Shown here piece by piece: positions 37,484 to 50,720 of a stretch of DNA of 64,000 nucleotides. A program made the translations under genes and the position numbers. The notes under the pieces are model-generated. The model made no database searches and was not told the DNA's origin. It saw nothing but the letters and a program-made list of their open reading frames with translations. The DNA is from Octopus bimaculoides (Eukaryota). The stretch is taken from positions 143,827,405-143,891,404 of the forward strand of contig NC_068982.1 of the NCBI RefSeq assembly GCF_001194135.2, read 5' to 3'. The stretch's first letter is position 1. Every line of letters starts with the position of its first letter.

Positions 37484-40380
37484 TCCTCTAATCTCCTCCT
37501 ACCCTTCCTCTGCTTCACCACACCCTCTCCAGACCAGAACCGTCTACATCCCCCTTCTACCGGCTTTTATTCACCTTTTTTTTCTTTCATTCTACCCTTG
37601 AATTCTCTCGACTCATGATATGAACTGCTATTTTGCCGATCTTTCCACCCTGATGATGAAGACCATTATTATGGTAATGTTTATATGCATCTACTACTGG
37701 TTGTATAGCCTTGAATTTTTGCACGCTCCATCTACCAATTAGGAACATTACAACTATTATGTAATTCCGAAAGCTCAAAAACAGTTGTCGGAGTTAAAAT
37801 ACCAACCCTTCTCCCTTTAGATTTCTTTACTTATCGTATTTCATGCAAATATATAAATATCTATATGCGTATATATAAACGTTCATCTGGATATTTTCAG
37901 TTTTTGTTTCTCTCTCTCTCTATATATATATATTCTTATATACACTTACATATGTATATGTGTGCATCTATATTTCATATATCAATCCCAAGCGTTTATC
38001 TGTATCACTATCTCACCTGGATTCCTCTTATAGCCTCTCTTTACTCCGCGGACTTAGTCCTTGATAAAGACTCCGGAGCGTAAGTTCAAATCTTTTTGAA
38101 CATTACTACGTATGTTCTATATTGAGCATTTCTGGCTCTCNNNNNNNNNNNNNNNNNNNNNNNNNNNNNNNNNNNNNNNNNNNNNNNNNNNNNNNNNNNN
38201 NNNNNNNNNNNNNNNNNNNNNNNNNNNNNNNNNNNNNNNNNNNNNNNNNNNNNNNNNNNNNNNNNNNNNNNNNNNNNNNNNNNNNNNNNNNNNNNNNNNN
38301 NNNNNNNNNNNNNNNNNNNNNNNNNNNNNNNNNNNNNNNCCTCTCCCTTCCCTCTCTCTCCCATATATATATATATATATATATATATCTTTTAAATTTG
38401 TTTACGGGAACCGTTTTGAATATGCAAATAAAGCTCCTATTTCTTTATGCCGTCCACAGCCTAATAATGCTGACTGGTGAACAAGTTTTTTGAGGTTGCA
38501 TCGAGCTGTGCCGATATAACGTAAGATAAATATGGTAACAGTAACAATAATCTTTGGATGGAATTTATAAACATTTAAGGCATCGTTACGCGCGTTTCTA
38601 CAAATCACATATCTCTTAAGATCACAGTCCGTATTCCTGGGATGATAACTCAATCAACATTACATCATAACTGTTCGACCCAACCTGCTGCCTATCATTT
38701 AAGTACCTGATTCATTTGAATCCTTAACATTGTATATAATATACTCACACAATTTAATATTTGAATGATGTAAAATAGTTACTTTATTTTCCACTTAGTA
38801 CTTTATTAAGTTATAGCTTAGGTCACACAATGGTTGATTGAGCAGACCTGTGTTCAAACCGGAGTTAAACTCTCTTAATTTGGAACTAAATTTATCGAGA
38901 GTAAATTTTTTAAAAACCCACTAGAGTAAAAGGCAAATAATGAAATCATTGGATTTATTACTGAAACACATGGTCCCAAATTAACAGAAAGTAAACTGGA
39001 TGCTTCGATGTTTGTCATTTTCGATTCTCAACATAAACGAAATGGCTTGAATTAGAAAGTGAAACCAAATTGCAGGCTCGTCTTGCCGACTACTTGTCAA
39101 TATCACACTATGTTCACCATATATGAAAATATTTTAAGTTAATGTTTATCGCATTTGATTTCTGTAAATCCATTAAAACAATGAAAATTCAAAAGGTGCC
39201 ACTTTCACTCCATTGGCGGGAGCATCTTGCCAGCAGAGCATCCAGTTGAAAGCGTTCATAGAGAGCGTTATCGATAAATAATCAATATTGTATTCATCTA
39301 ACTGCTAGTTTTTGAGTTTAATACTTCGTATTTCCTGCGTCAGGAAATATGAAGTGCTGAATCACTCACAATTACATATATATATATACATATATACATA
39401 AACTACTTACACACACACACACACACACACACATACATATAATTACTTGCAGTAACTTATATAATCAATACTTCCCTCACATGTCTTTCAGTAATTTTCC
39501 CACATGTATTTCACAGAACAAATCCTATTTAAATCATATTTACTTTATTCTGCCATAAAAAAATTCTTTTCGAAGACCTTTTATACATTTCGAAAAACCA
39601 CATCGCTAAAAACAGTTTCTTTAAAGTTCATCTCGCGATAATACTTTTCCATAATTTGTGAGAGTTGTGTACACAGTTCTGCTCTTGCTCCTTTATCATA
39701 AACGACATATGTCAATTTTGAAATCAAATTTTACATGACGATATAAAGATGTTATTTTCTTCGGGTGAATGTTTATCTTTCGATAGCCTCGCCTCTTCCT
39801 CTTATACTTAATATCATTATAGAACGAACTTAGCACTCAGAATTGAAACATTTAAATATATTGTTTTAGATTATTAGCGAAAGATAACTGTGTTGTATAA
39901 CATTCATACCTTTCTCAAAGTGATGAATAATGTAAATGAAATGATAAGGCTACCGCTGGGAATCAAAACAGTGTCTTGGACTAGGCTCGTAACCAACTTC
40001 TAAGCAGTTCCACTTGTTACTCTCTCCTTTTGTTTCTTTCTTTTATTCATATACATACGTATAATTCATCTTTATTGAACTCTTTATTGAGCTCTTTATT
40101 GGAACTTTGTACAAAGAAATATTTTCGTTATACTTTTGAGGTACTTATTTATCTAATAAATATCTTTCTGTACTTTAAATATTATTTTTGTTGTCAATTC
40201 TTGAGAGTAGGTCCCTTTACTATAAATTCTTGATGGTTCTACTATATACCTCATACTCCGGTTTTACTTTGCGAGACTACGAATGTGAATAAAATCAGTA
40301 ATTGTTTTACTGCGTATTTCTGTTGTCCGCTGATGATGGACAACAGAAAATGAACGTATATTTCTATTTGTGTCCAGCAA

Positions 40381-40545
40381 TGGAGAAAATACGTCCTACT
40401 CCTTGTTTCTTTCTGTGTTCCTTTCTATTGAAGAGCGTAGGCTCGAAACGTTAAAGACTTTCTCTATTCCCGAGCGTTATACTAATACATCCATTTATTG
40501 TTTACACCACCTGTCTTCGTCTGTTGTTTTTTCGTGAATTCTCCT
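40381..40545 (+). mobile_element. Penelope-type 3' end remnant with degenerate hammerhead-like motif
   Basis: CTTT-CTATTGA-A-GAGC-GTAG-GCTC-GAAACGTT-AAAG at 40421-40456. Confidence 0.5.
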
Positions 40546-40561
40546 ATATATATATATATAT

Positions 40562-40780
40562 AGGCGTGATTGTGCGGTTGAGAAGTTAACTTCCCAACCA
40601 CATGGCTTCGAGTACAGTCCCACTGGGCGGCAAATTGGGCAAGTGTCTTCTATTGTCGCTCTAGACCGACAAAAGTTTTATGAGCGGATATGGTAATTGT
40701 GTATGTCCCCATAACTTAACGGTTGAGTATAAGAGGTCGATAGAATAAGTACGAGACTTTAAAGATATAAGTATAGGACT
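40562..40780 (+). mobile_element. SINE family B
   Basis: GGCGTGATTGTGCGGTTGAGAAGTTAACTTCCCAACCACATGG...GGGCAAGTGTCTTCTATT. Confidence 0.8.
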
Positions 40781-41631
40781 GGCAACGAGATATTCTATCG
40801 CTGCTACAACAGGCAGTACCTATTCTTGTTACATAACACGATTATTTAGCTGTACTCAGTTGAAATATTCTAACAGAATGTCAACACAATTACAATGATC
40901 TTAAAAAAGCAGTGGCTGTTAATTTCAATTATAAAATCAAGAATAAAAGTTAAGGAAATAAGTGAAGCAACATTGTTTCTGTTAAAACATATGGTAGGAA
41001 GATGTTTAAGAATCCCTAAAAACATATTTCTTTTAATGTTTAGCAATTTTTTTCCCTTCCATTGTTTTAGTTTCCTATAGCTTTGCTATTTGTTTCAAGT
41101 AATTGACAAGAAAATAAGCAAGAATTTTCAAAACAAAGAAAAAAAAAACATTTCCATAAGAAAGTCAATTCTAAAAGTAAAGAAAGCCAACTTTTTTTTT
41201 TAACACTTATCTTATTTCTCCTTTTAATCTTCGAGTAATTTGGAGTCGAGCCAAGCAAAGATTAATTTGGAGTCGAGCCAGCACTCTTTTCACCGATGGG
41301 GAAATCGATTGCACTGCAATTATTTGTAGTGTTGCACCGAGCGTCGTTAAGTAAGAAGTAGGCTTCTTGTGAACTAATACTGTCTCAGTTTCGATTCATG
41401 TTTGCAGTCAAATCATCTCGTATCATTTAGCGCCACTAAAACTCTTGTAAAAAAAAACAAATTAATTGAAAGTATTAGTGTTATAATTTCTTATTTAAAA
41501 ATAACGAGCACCTTAAGGTGGTGGTATGAACTCGCAACTTAAGTTTCAACTCTCGATTGAAAGGATCCAAATTATTTTCATTTCACAATAACGTCATAAA
41601 TGCCGTCGTCAATATCGTGAATGCCTCGTAA

Positions 41632-41820
41632 GGCGGCGAGCCGGCAGAATCGTTTGCACGCCAGGCATGATGCTCAGCGACTTTTCCTCTCATCTCTACG
41701 TTCTGAGTTCAAATTCCACCGAGGGTCGATAAAATAAGAACCAATTGAGCACTGGGATTGATTTAATCGACTTGGTCCCTTCCCTGAAACTGCTGGCCTT
41801 GTACCAAAATTTGAAACCAA
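41632..41820 (+). mobile_element. SINE family A
   Basis: GGCGGCGAGCCGGCAGAATCG...CGTTCTGAGTTCAAATTCCACCGAGGGTCGAT. Confidence 0.85.
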
Positions 41821-43809
41821 TATCAGGAATGCTTCTTAATCTCGCTTCCTCCTTTCGCATACAATCTACAACCTTGTACCCACATAAGAAATAAATATCA
41901 GCACCGTAGAATTCGTGACATGGTTTCAAACTCCAGTTACAAAATACATGAATGCAATAACTTCTGTTTACCTTTTATCAAAAAATGAAGTACCTTTGTG
42001 TTTAGTAAAAGAGGGAAAGCAAATAAATTTGTAACATTTTTGGTACTTCCCTATTATCGACTGCTAATTTTTTAGCAAATAATCCATTACACTCGTGAAA
42101 TCGTCGTAATAGTAGGTCGGGGGCATTTTAGCTATCACAACTTCTTTGAGAAAGGAAAAGGCAAAATACTGGGTGATTCTTTTTGCAAAGCAGTTTCATT
42201 TTATCAAAACATTAATTTTTAATATTCTACTCCTCGATTCCGTGCCTTTTCTGGGAAATTTTTACTAGTATTTTTCTCCATGAGATGCTGATAGCTATTC
42301 TGTAATTCCACTGACTAACTCTTACACTCGTCTCACGAGTGTAATAGTTTATTTACTAAATCTTTAGTAAATAAAATTAGCTGTCACTAATAGCAAAATA
42401 CCTACATTTTTATTATTACAAACCTATTTACGCTTTTGTTAATATCTTTCGTTGAAGAAAGATCAACCACCATTGAAAGCGAGACGCGCGCGTGGTTAGG
42501 TCCATAACCTTATTTTTTTTAAATATTTTTTGTTTCACTGTTGTTTAATAATGTTGCTTAGCTCCAGATAGATATGATTGAACAAATTTATGATGAGAAG
42601 CATTTCAGTCGTGATAGTCAGGTCTTTTTTTTTTTTTTTGCATATTTAGAACTAAATTGATCAATGTTTTCCTATATAGGATTTGATCTTAGAACATAGA
42701 GATGAAACTACATGCTAAAGATTTACTATTTCTACCCCATTTGTTTTACACAAAATATTTCCTTTCACCGACCTTTCACAGGCCAGCTCCAATTGAAAAG
42801 ATGGCCATATTGTGTGATGGCGGCCTTCATTAGATCGGAATCGGATGATGCAGTAACTTGACTTTTTCTTTTTCATGTAAGATATTGATGAGAAAGAGAT
42901 CGAAGGTNNNNNNNNNNNNNNNNNNNNNNNNNNNNNNNNNNNNNNNNNNNNNNNNNNNNNNNNNNNNNNNNNNNNNNNNNNNNNNNNNNNNNNNNNNNNN
43001 NNNNNNNNNNNNNNNNNNNNNNNNNNNNNNNNNNNNNNNNNNNNNNNNNNNNNNNNNNNNNNNNNNNNNNNNNNNNNNNNNNNNNNNNNNNNNNNNNNNN
43101 NNNNNNNNNNNNNNNNNNNNNNNNNNNNNNNNNNNNNNNNNNNNNNNNNNNNNNNNNNNNNNNNNNNNNNNNNNNNNNNNNNNNNNNNNNNNNNNNNNNN
43201 NNNNNNNNNNNNNNNNNNNNNNNNNNNNNNNNNNNNNNNNNNNNNNNNNNNNNNNNNNNNNNNNNNNNNNNNNNNNNNNNNNNNNNNNNNNNNNNNNNNN
43301 NNNNNNNNNNNNNNNNNNNNNNNNNNNNNNNNNNNNNNNNNNNNNNNNNNNNNNNNNNNNNNNNNNNNNNNNNNNNNNNNNNNNNNNNNNNNNNNNNNNN
43401 NNNNNNNNNNNNNNNNNNNNNNNNNNNNNNNNNNNNNNNNNNNNNNNNNNNNNNNNNNNNNNNNNNNNNNNNNNNNNNNNNNNNNNNNNNNNNNNNNNNN
43501 NNNNNNNNNNNNNNNNNNNNNNNNNNNNNNNNNNNNNNNNNNNNNNNNNNNNNNNNNNNNNNNNNNNNNNNNNNNNNNNNNNNNNNNNNNNNNNNNNNNN
43601 NNNNNNNNNNNNNNNNNNNNNNNNNNNNNNNNNNNNNNNNNNNNNNNNNNNNNNNNNNNNNNNNNNNNNNNNNNNNNNNNNNNNNNNNNNNNNNNNNNNN
43701 NNNNNNNNNNNNNNNNNNNNNNNNNNNNNNNNNNNNNNNNNNNNNNNNNNNNNNNNNNNNNNNNNNNNNNNNNNNNNNNNNNNNNNNNNNNNNNNNNNNN
43801 NNNNNNNCA

Positions 43810-43995
43810 CTCATACACCACATGACAACCGGTGTTGGTTTGTTTACGTCACCACAACGTAATGGTTCTGTGAAAGATAAAATAAATATGAGACTTTAAA
43901 TATCCCTACTGGGATTGAGTTGTTTCACTATTCACTTCAAGGCGGTACTCCAGCATTGCTGCAGTCCAGTGACTGAAATTAGTAAAAGATAAAAG
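43810..43995 (+). mobile_element. SINE family B, 3' part
   Basis: CACCACATGACAACCGGTGTTGGTTTGTTTACG...TTCAAGGCGGTACTCCAGCATT...TAAAAGATAAAAGA. Confidence 0.8.
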
Positions 43996-44203
43996 ATATG
44001 GAGGGAACAGAAGTCCGATTTAATTGCATGCAACATATTGGTCAAGATAATCCTTATACATACACTACTAGGAAAGGAATTGTGGGAAATGTCCGGTTGA
44101 GTACGGTTGGCGCCTACACTGTGCGCCATGAGATTTTGTGATAGCTAAACAACAATTGGAATCGATAGAGCTGGTGATTTTTCTCTGCTCATTGCTACAT
44201 TAA

Positions 44204-44876
44204 CTCTTTAGCATTCAGATTATTCTGTCTGATGAAATGATTATTTATTCACATTGTTTCAAATTAACCATGCATTACCTGGTGCCAGTGTAGTATGTGA
44301 TATACATACATGTTTCTGATATAGCTTGTGATCTACATTAGTTTAAGTGGTAAAGCGTGTGATCTAGAAGCTAAAATTCGTCTTCTCAAAAAAATGAGAG
44401 GTGTTCCATAGCAAACATTTCAATCTCATTTAGATTTCATTTGTTGGAAGATTTTAAGATCAAATAAGCAAAATCTCTTTATTGCATTTTTAAATGATAT
44501 CTGTGCTGCATACAAATAGTCACAGTATTCATGTTTCTAGAATGAAATAAAAATCAATAAAAATTTTTCTTTTTCTTTTATTTTTTAAATGTTTAACTCA
44601 CTCCTCTAATTATAATTGCAAATTTATAACAAACTTTTGAATGTAGATCACAAGCCAGTCTAGATTCAAGTTGTTGTAGATCACAACGGCATGTAGATCA
44701 CAACGGCATGTAGATCACATACTACACCGGCACCCATTATCTTGTAGCTTCGAGATTTTGATGGTTCGAATGTTTATTTTTAGAATGACATTTTAGGACA
44801 GGTGTAAGAGGTTGGTTTGAGCATAAAACAGGTTGAATATTTGGTCCCTGATATGGCCGCTTTAAATGCTAAAGTA
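44204..44876 (+). mobile_element. piggyBac-like (TTAA) non-autonomous element, degraded
   Basis: 5' TTAA|CTCTTTAGCATT and 3' AATGCTAAAGTA|TAAA form an imperfect TIR pair flanked by TTAA-like sites. Confidence 0.55.
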
Positions 44877-45274
44877 TAAAAAAAAACCGAGAGATGGATC
44901 CATTGCCTATATTCAGGAGGTTGGTCATTTGTGAGTTTTCTTGTGAGAAGATTCGTACCCGGCATTCTTCGATTCCCACACTGAGCCATGATCCCTCGCT
45001 GTACTGACAGTTTGATAAACTCTGTTGTTGAAAGTTTTTGTTGTTGTTTACTCGAAGTTAGCACTGATTGAGCAGACATACGAACAAAGGCATTCCAACT
45101 ACATTAAATAATGAAGTTCTTATTATACTATATCAGAAAAAAAAGATGGGACGGTCATGGCTGGAATGTCTTTGATGATGGCCTTACTCAATCAAAGGCT
45201 ACACAATGACAACAATAAAACAGCAACTGTATTTGGCAAGATTTGTAGAAGCTACTATTCACTTTCTCTTTCTT

Positions 45275-45357
<83 letters not shown>
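45275..45357. repeat. (CT)n(TATC)n compound microsatellite
   Basis: Read directly; a second (TATC)n lies at ~45735-45775. Confidence 0.95.
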
Positions 45358-45732
45358 GGCTTTCTATCTCATAAATTTATCGGGAGCAGACAATTGTAAT
45401 TAAAACTGAACGATACATGACTCCTCACGGAATTTGAATGATGGGTGTTATATTGGATAAAAAGACAACTTAAGGAGCAAATAGAACGAAGCAGGTGAGG
45501 GTGGGATGGGAATAGAAATTCGTAAATAAATACCATCTCTGAAAAAAGTTTGCTCATCTAGTCTAAGTTCACTTTCCAGCAAGAGACGCTTAAGAATTTA
45601 GAGTGCAAAATATCATGTCATTTAGCAAGAGAGGATTTAACATGACATTTTCTCTGGAGTCAGTAGGAATTACTATTCCATATATTAAAGTTAGCTTTTC
45701 TCGCTTCTTCCCCTACCTCTCCCCCTCTCTCT

Positions 45733-45776
<44 letters not shown>

Positions 45777-47831
45777 GGGAAGTCGTTAGAGCGTCGGATA
45801 TTGTTCTGATTCTCTGCACTCTGAGTTAGAATCTCATGGTTTATCACTGGTAAAACGAGCCCTTCGGGACCTGGCGAAAATGGTGATTAACGTGTGAAGT
45901 CCTTTATCAAAGCGCTTGAATATTTCATCTGCTCACCCTCTATTTGAGCCACTTGCTAGCAAGTGAGAATGCAGGAGTGCTTCAAGTCTTATGCTCTCGA
46001 CGAACGAATGATATATATTTACAAATAAACTGACAGTCTTCAAAACTCGGAGCGCCTTACAACTAGGCGCAAATAGCATATTCGTACCCTCTTTTTAACT
46101 GCCTGTCATACACATAAAAGATGTGTATTAAAATCTGATTTGTTATTTGCATTTGTTTATATGCATTGTAGGTCTTGAATGTATGAAGGAGACATTACTG
46201 GTTTATATGCACACAGTTTGTGTGTATTTATACTTATATAGTTTATACTGCGGTACTTTCATTGGGGCCGTTGTGTGTGTAGTATATGTATGTCTGTGTA
46301 ATTTATTTCGTGTGGACTGAATGATTGCACAAGTCATACTTAAGCACTATACACTATTTACGAAGTAATAAGGTTTGTTATTTTGTTTATCTACTGAAAC
46401 CACACATGCATTGAACTCCAACGTGACTGTTGGAAATTTTCAGATAAAAAAAAATGACTAAATGATAACACACTTAAAGCCTGGTTTTAGAATAAATAAA
46501 ACCCAAAGAGGGCAAATACATTTAAATTCGTATGCGCGGATTAGTCCGGAAGAATGAGCAAGCAGGGTTCCCTATTTCCATAATTAAGCAAGCATAAACA
46601 GATGTCTTACTAAGTATAATGATGTTTTTCATACTGCTCTCAAGATGTTAAGTTACCTATTTACACAGACTTCAACCAAGTGGGGGTGCATGTGTATGTA
46701 TATGGTGTACGTGTATGTGTGTTTATAATAAATATCCAGTCGTATATGTAGCCTTCTCTCGTTTCTTTTTTATCCACCCATTTATTTTTCTATTTTCTGT
46801 CTGATAATGTCGTTCCCACCGAGAGAGTTCGACTGGTTAACTAATACACACGCGCGCGCGTGTTACATAAATGACAATAGAGAAAATAATTCTGTGTAAG
46901 AATACATATATTGTTTTGCCTTGAAACAATGTTATTCAGATATATTACTTAAATTATTCTACGAAGAAAGATAATCTAAGCTGCTAATGTGATTCAACTG
47001 TTTAAAAGTAGCTGATATCTTTAATACAATCTAGACATAACTCATTTATTGTCATCTCGCAGTTTTTCTTATCGCTTGTTTATATATTTATTAGATATTT
47101 GATAATACTCTTTCTTTCTATAAGTGAAAGTGTACACCGCTAAACAGGGTAAGGACGGTTTAGTTGGAGCACCTTTCACAAAAACGCTTCTTTTCAACAC
47201 ATGGTTATATTACTATACCCACTATGTTATCTTTTTATAGATATACATATGTACAACAAACTCAGCAGAAGTTTCGCCCTACAATGGGGTTAGCTGGAAT
47301 ATGTTACACAGAGCATGTTGGAACAACCAGTACTTCTAGAACAATTCAAGTGTTATTTTGGAATTTCGTTCTCCAATACTGTGGCATCATCTTGTTTAGC
47401 TCCTTTTTCAGCGACGGTTTCTTTTAGCGTTGGCATTATCGCACATCCACTTCCGTTGAGATACCAAATCTTATCTGGAGTGCACCTACACCTCTTTAAA
47501 AAAGGGGGTCACATTATAACGACTAAATATAGCTGAACGCCACAGGGGCTGCTATGTCCTTACTGCAATGTTCTCATGTTTCTTAAGAGAATTATGCAAC
47601 AGATCTTTGCCTGCAGTTTTATTTTCCATTAAAGTCTACGGTACCTTCGGGCAAAGTCGACTCTCATATGCAATCGCTTAACTGTTGACCTAATTTTCAA
47701 TTCAAAAGTGATTTATGTGCGGTGTACATGTAATAGTGGTGTTAGTCGGATCCTCCACCTGATCCCCCTCATCATGTTCCACCAAGCCCCATGTAGTAAG
47801 ACCTCAACGTGTGTGTAACACAAATTCGTTT

Positions 47832-47975
47832 CTACTTTAGGCACAAGGCCCGAAATTTATTGGGGCGAGGGTGCCAGTCGATTAGATCAACCCCAGTATG
47901 CAGCTGGTACTTAATTTATCGACCCCCGAAAGGATGAAAGGCAAATACCTCGATGGTATTTGAACTCAGAACGTA
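47832..47975 (-). mobile_element. SINE family A, 3' part
   Basis: GGCACAAGGCCCGAAATTT...CGACCCCCGAAAGGATGAAAGGCAAA...TTTGAACTCAGAACGTA. Confidence 0.85.
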
Positions 47976-48554
47976 GAGTGCAACACATATTGCATGAGGT
48001 AAATTATTCGCTGCTCTATTCCGATTACTGTCAACCAAACAATCAACACACAAAGCATCCATTCCTAACTACAGTATTTACTAGACAAACTAAAGATTTC
48101 TAACAAGTGAAAATTTCACTTTAAGATGTGATAAATGCTCAAATTTTTCTGTAAGAATGAAACTTTATGCTTCAACTAGGTACCAATATATTTGAAAGAT
48201 AGTAAAAGTGGGTCTTGTAAAATCGCACTACAGTCTTCAACTCAAGTCCTCTGTTTCTTTTGAAAAAGGAGTGTTCCAAAAAATTTCACTTTTTTCTACA
48301 AATGTAGAAGTGCGTGTGACTTTGTGGTTATATATACATATAATTTTTTTTTTATATTAAGTTAAGATGCATCGCTCAGTGTAAAACTACGATCAAGCCC
48401 TTGGATGCATTTAGCGATGTCCACTCTGTTGCAAATATTCTAAGTATCCGGTAAGAGGAAATCAAGTGCATCCTAATTACTTTCTTCTCTTATTTTACAT
48501 CAGCCTCAAAGACAATGACTAAGTTATAACGAGTCTCCTCTAATATAACTTTAT

Positions 48555-48555
<1 letters not shown>

Positions 48556-48632
<77 letters not shown>
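48556..48632. repeat. (CAGA)n(TAGA)n compound tetranucleotide microsatellite
   Basis: Read directly. Confidence 0.97.
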
Positions 48633-48633
<1 letters not shown>

Positions 48634-48953
48634 CTCTATGTATACGAATTTTTTGTTCCATTTTTATATTTTCTCTCAGTCATCTTTGTTTATCGTTCAA
48701 CATATGGAGTTTATTCATTCTGTTACTGCCGTTGTTACAATGTTTTCTACCCTTGTTTGTCTTTCATGTCCACTCGTCTTTACTTCTGCAGACTGTCGAA
48801 TGTGTTATACACAACTGGTCACAATGCACTTCACCGCATTGTTGAGGCTTTCGAATGATGCCACTCCGCTGGCTAGGTGGACAGACCGACATTCCCCTTG
48901 AACAGAACGCCAATCTGTCGCAGGGTTGCCCATTTACAGCTGAGTTCACTTAG

Positions 48954-48988
<35 letters not shown>

Positions 48989-49639
48989 ATTAGACACGAA
49001 AAAAAAAGAAACAATAGGCTCTCCAGCTAGAGTGTAATCACGTGTTTATCGCTTGCCAGGTGAGCGGTTTATTGGTCACACGAGAATGGCTTATTGATGT
49101 AATATAACCACTTCTACCTCCATAAGTATTTCATTTGTTTCTCACAAAACTTGTCAGCCACATTGGATAGATATTCTACTACAATTTATACATAATATAT
49201 AAATTCTGTGTTTCCAGAATCTCTCAACACTAAGCATAATCAATGGCCGATGTACATGCAAAACAGGAAGGCGAAGAAAAGTGTATGAATCCAGACGAAA
49301 TTTTTTAATTCATAGAATGTACCTTCTGTAGAGTCACCGCTGGTCGAGTCACTAAAGAGTCAGATTATCATAAGTTCCTTTTCAATCGATAGGGTAACTT
49401 TACGATGTTCGCCATCGGATAAATCTTTATACAGAGCACCCACATTAAAACCTACTCTGTTAAGCCGGGTATCGAATGGACTAGACGAAATCTGAGTTAC
49501 TCTCAGTACTAATTTCCATCACTATCTTTGAATATCAGTATTTTGTTTCCCCTACAATGATCGTTGATATTTTATTGGTTAAGCATCTTTTAGTCTTGTA
49601 CTTTGTATCATGGCTTCAAGAGAGAGTAATAATAATTTC

Positions 49640-49830
49640 TGAATAAGACACAAGACCAGCAATTTGAAGGGGAGATGGTTAGTCGATACCATTAGTCGAT
49701 ACTTGACTAGTACTTTATCTTATTGATCTCGGAGGTACGCAAGGTAAAGCTGACCTCGACGAGATATGAATTCAGAATATAAAGAACCAGAACAAATACC
49801 GCAAAACATATTTATTGACAGCCTCACCGG
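49640..49830 (-). mobile_element. SINE family A, diverged
   Basis: CACAAGACCAGCAATTTG...GGTAAAGCTGACCTCGACGAGATATGAATTCAGAAT. Confidence 0.7.
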
Positions 49831-50593
49831 CTTAAGGGAGAATCGAAACAAAAATACATGCGATTTTATCTGAGAATCAGAAACGGCAGGGTAGATAAAT
49901 GTAACTTGACTCTTTCATCAAGTCATTTCAAGCTAAACATGCTGTGGTTGTTAAGCCCATTGACGGTATTGAAGATCCACCTGCTGGTGACCCAGTGCCT
50001 CTTTAATCATCTCAACATTCTATACGTAAGAAGCAAGTATCAGTGGAGTATCATAGTTATAGTGATTCGGGATAAGCTATAGACTCTACCCTACCTCTGC
50101 TACCGATTAAAGCTTGTCTGTCGTCAACCACAGGGAAATAAAATTGACAATTTATGATTGTAACTTATATTTTTAACATACTATAATTCTATAAATTATA
50201 TATTTATGTTTTCTATAAGTAAATAATATTTAGTGTAATGTTAATTATTTTTCCTTTGTATCGTGTTCAGCAAGTAGTATATATTTTTAATATCATGTAC
50301 ATGTAGAATATTAAATTTCCTGTATGATTTGCGCGTTAAAACAAAACCCCGTCATGTTGTATTGTTCAGCTGGATGTGGATATATAGACCAGTACATGAA
50401 AACGGCGAGGGAATAAATCAGATTTCAAATGTAAATTTGGATGTGTGAGGCACACCACATGAAAATCCTTTCTGGCCATCGTCATCACTACCAAAACCCT
50501 CATCCTTCTCGCTATTGTCATCTTATTCATCTTCGTCTTCTTTATCGTCTTCGTTGACTGCCGTTGTCATCTTTTTGCTATCAGCAACGACTT

Positions 50594-50635
<42 letters not shown>

Positions 50636-50689
50636 NNNNNNNNNNNNNNNNNNNNNNNNNNNNNNNNNNNNNNNNNNNNNNNNNNNNNN

Positions 50690-50720
<31 letters not shown>

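Noticed and set aside
44642-44718. CRISPR-like or iteron-like repeat
   Set aside because: Eukaryotic context, no unique spacers and no cas genes; it is a simple tandem repeat.
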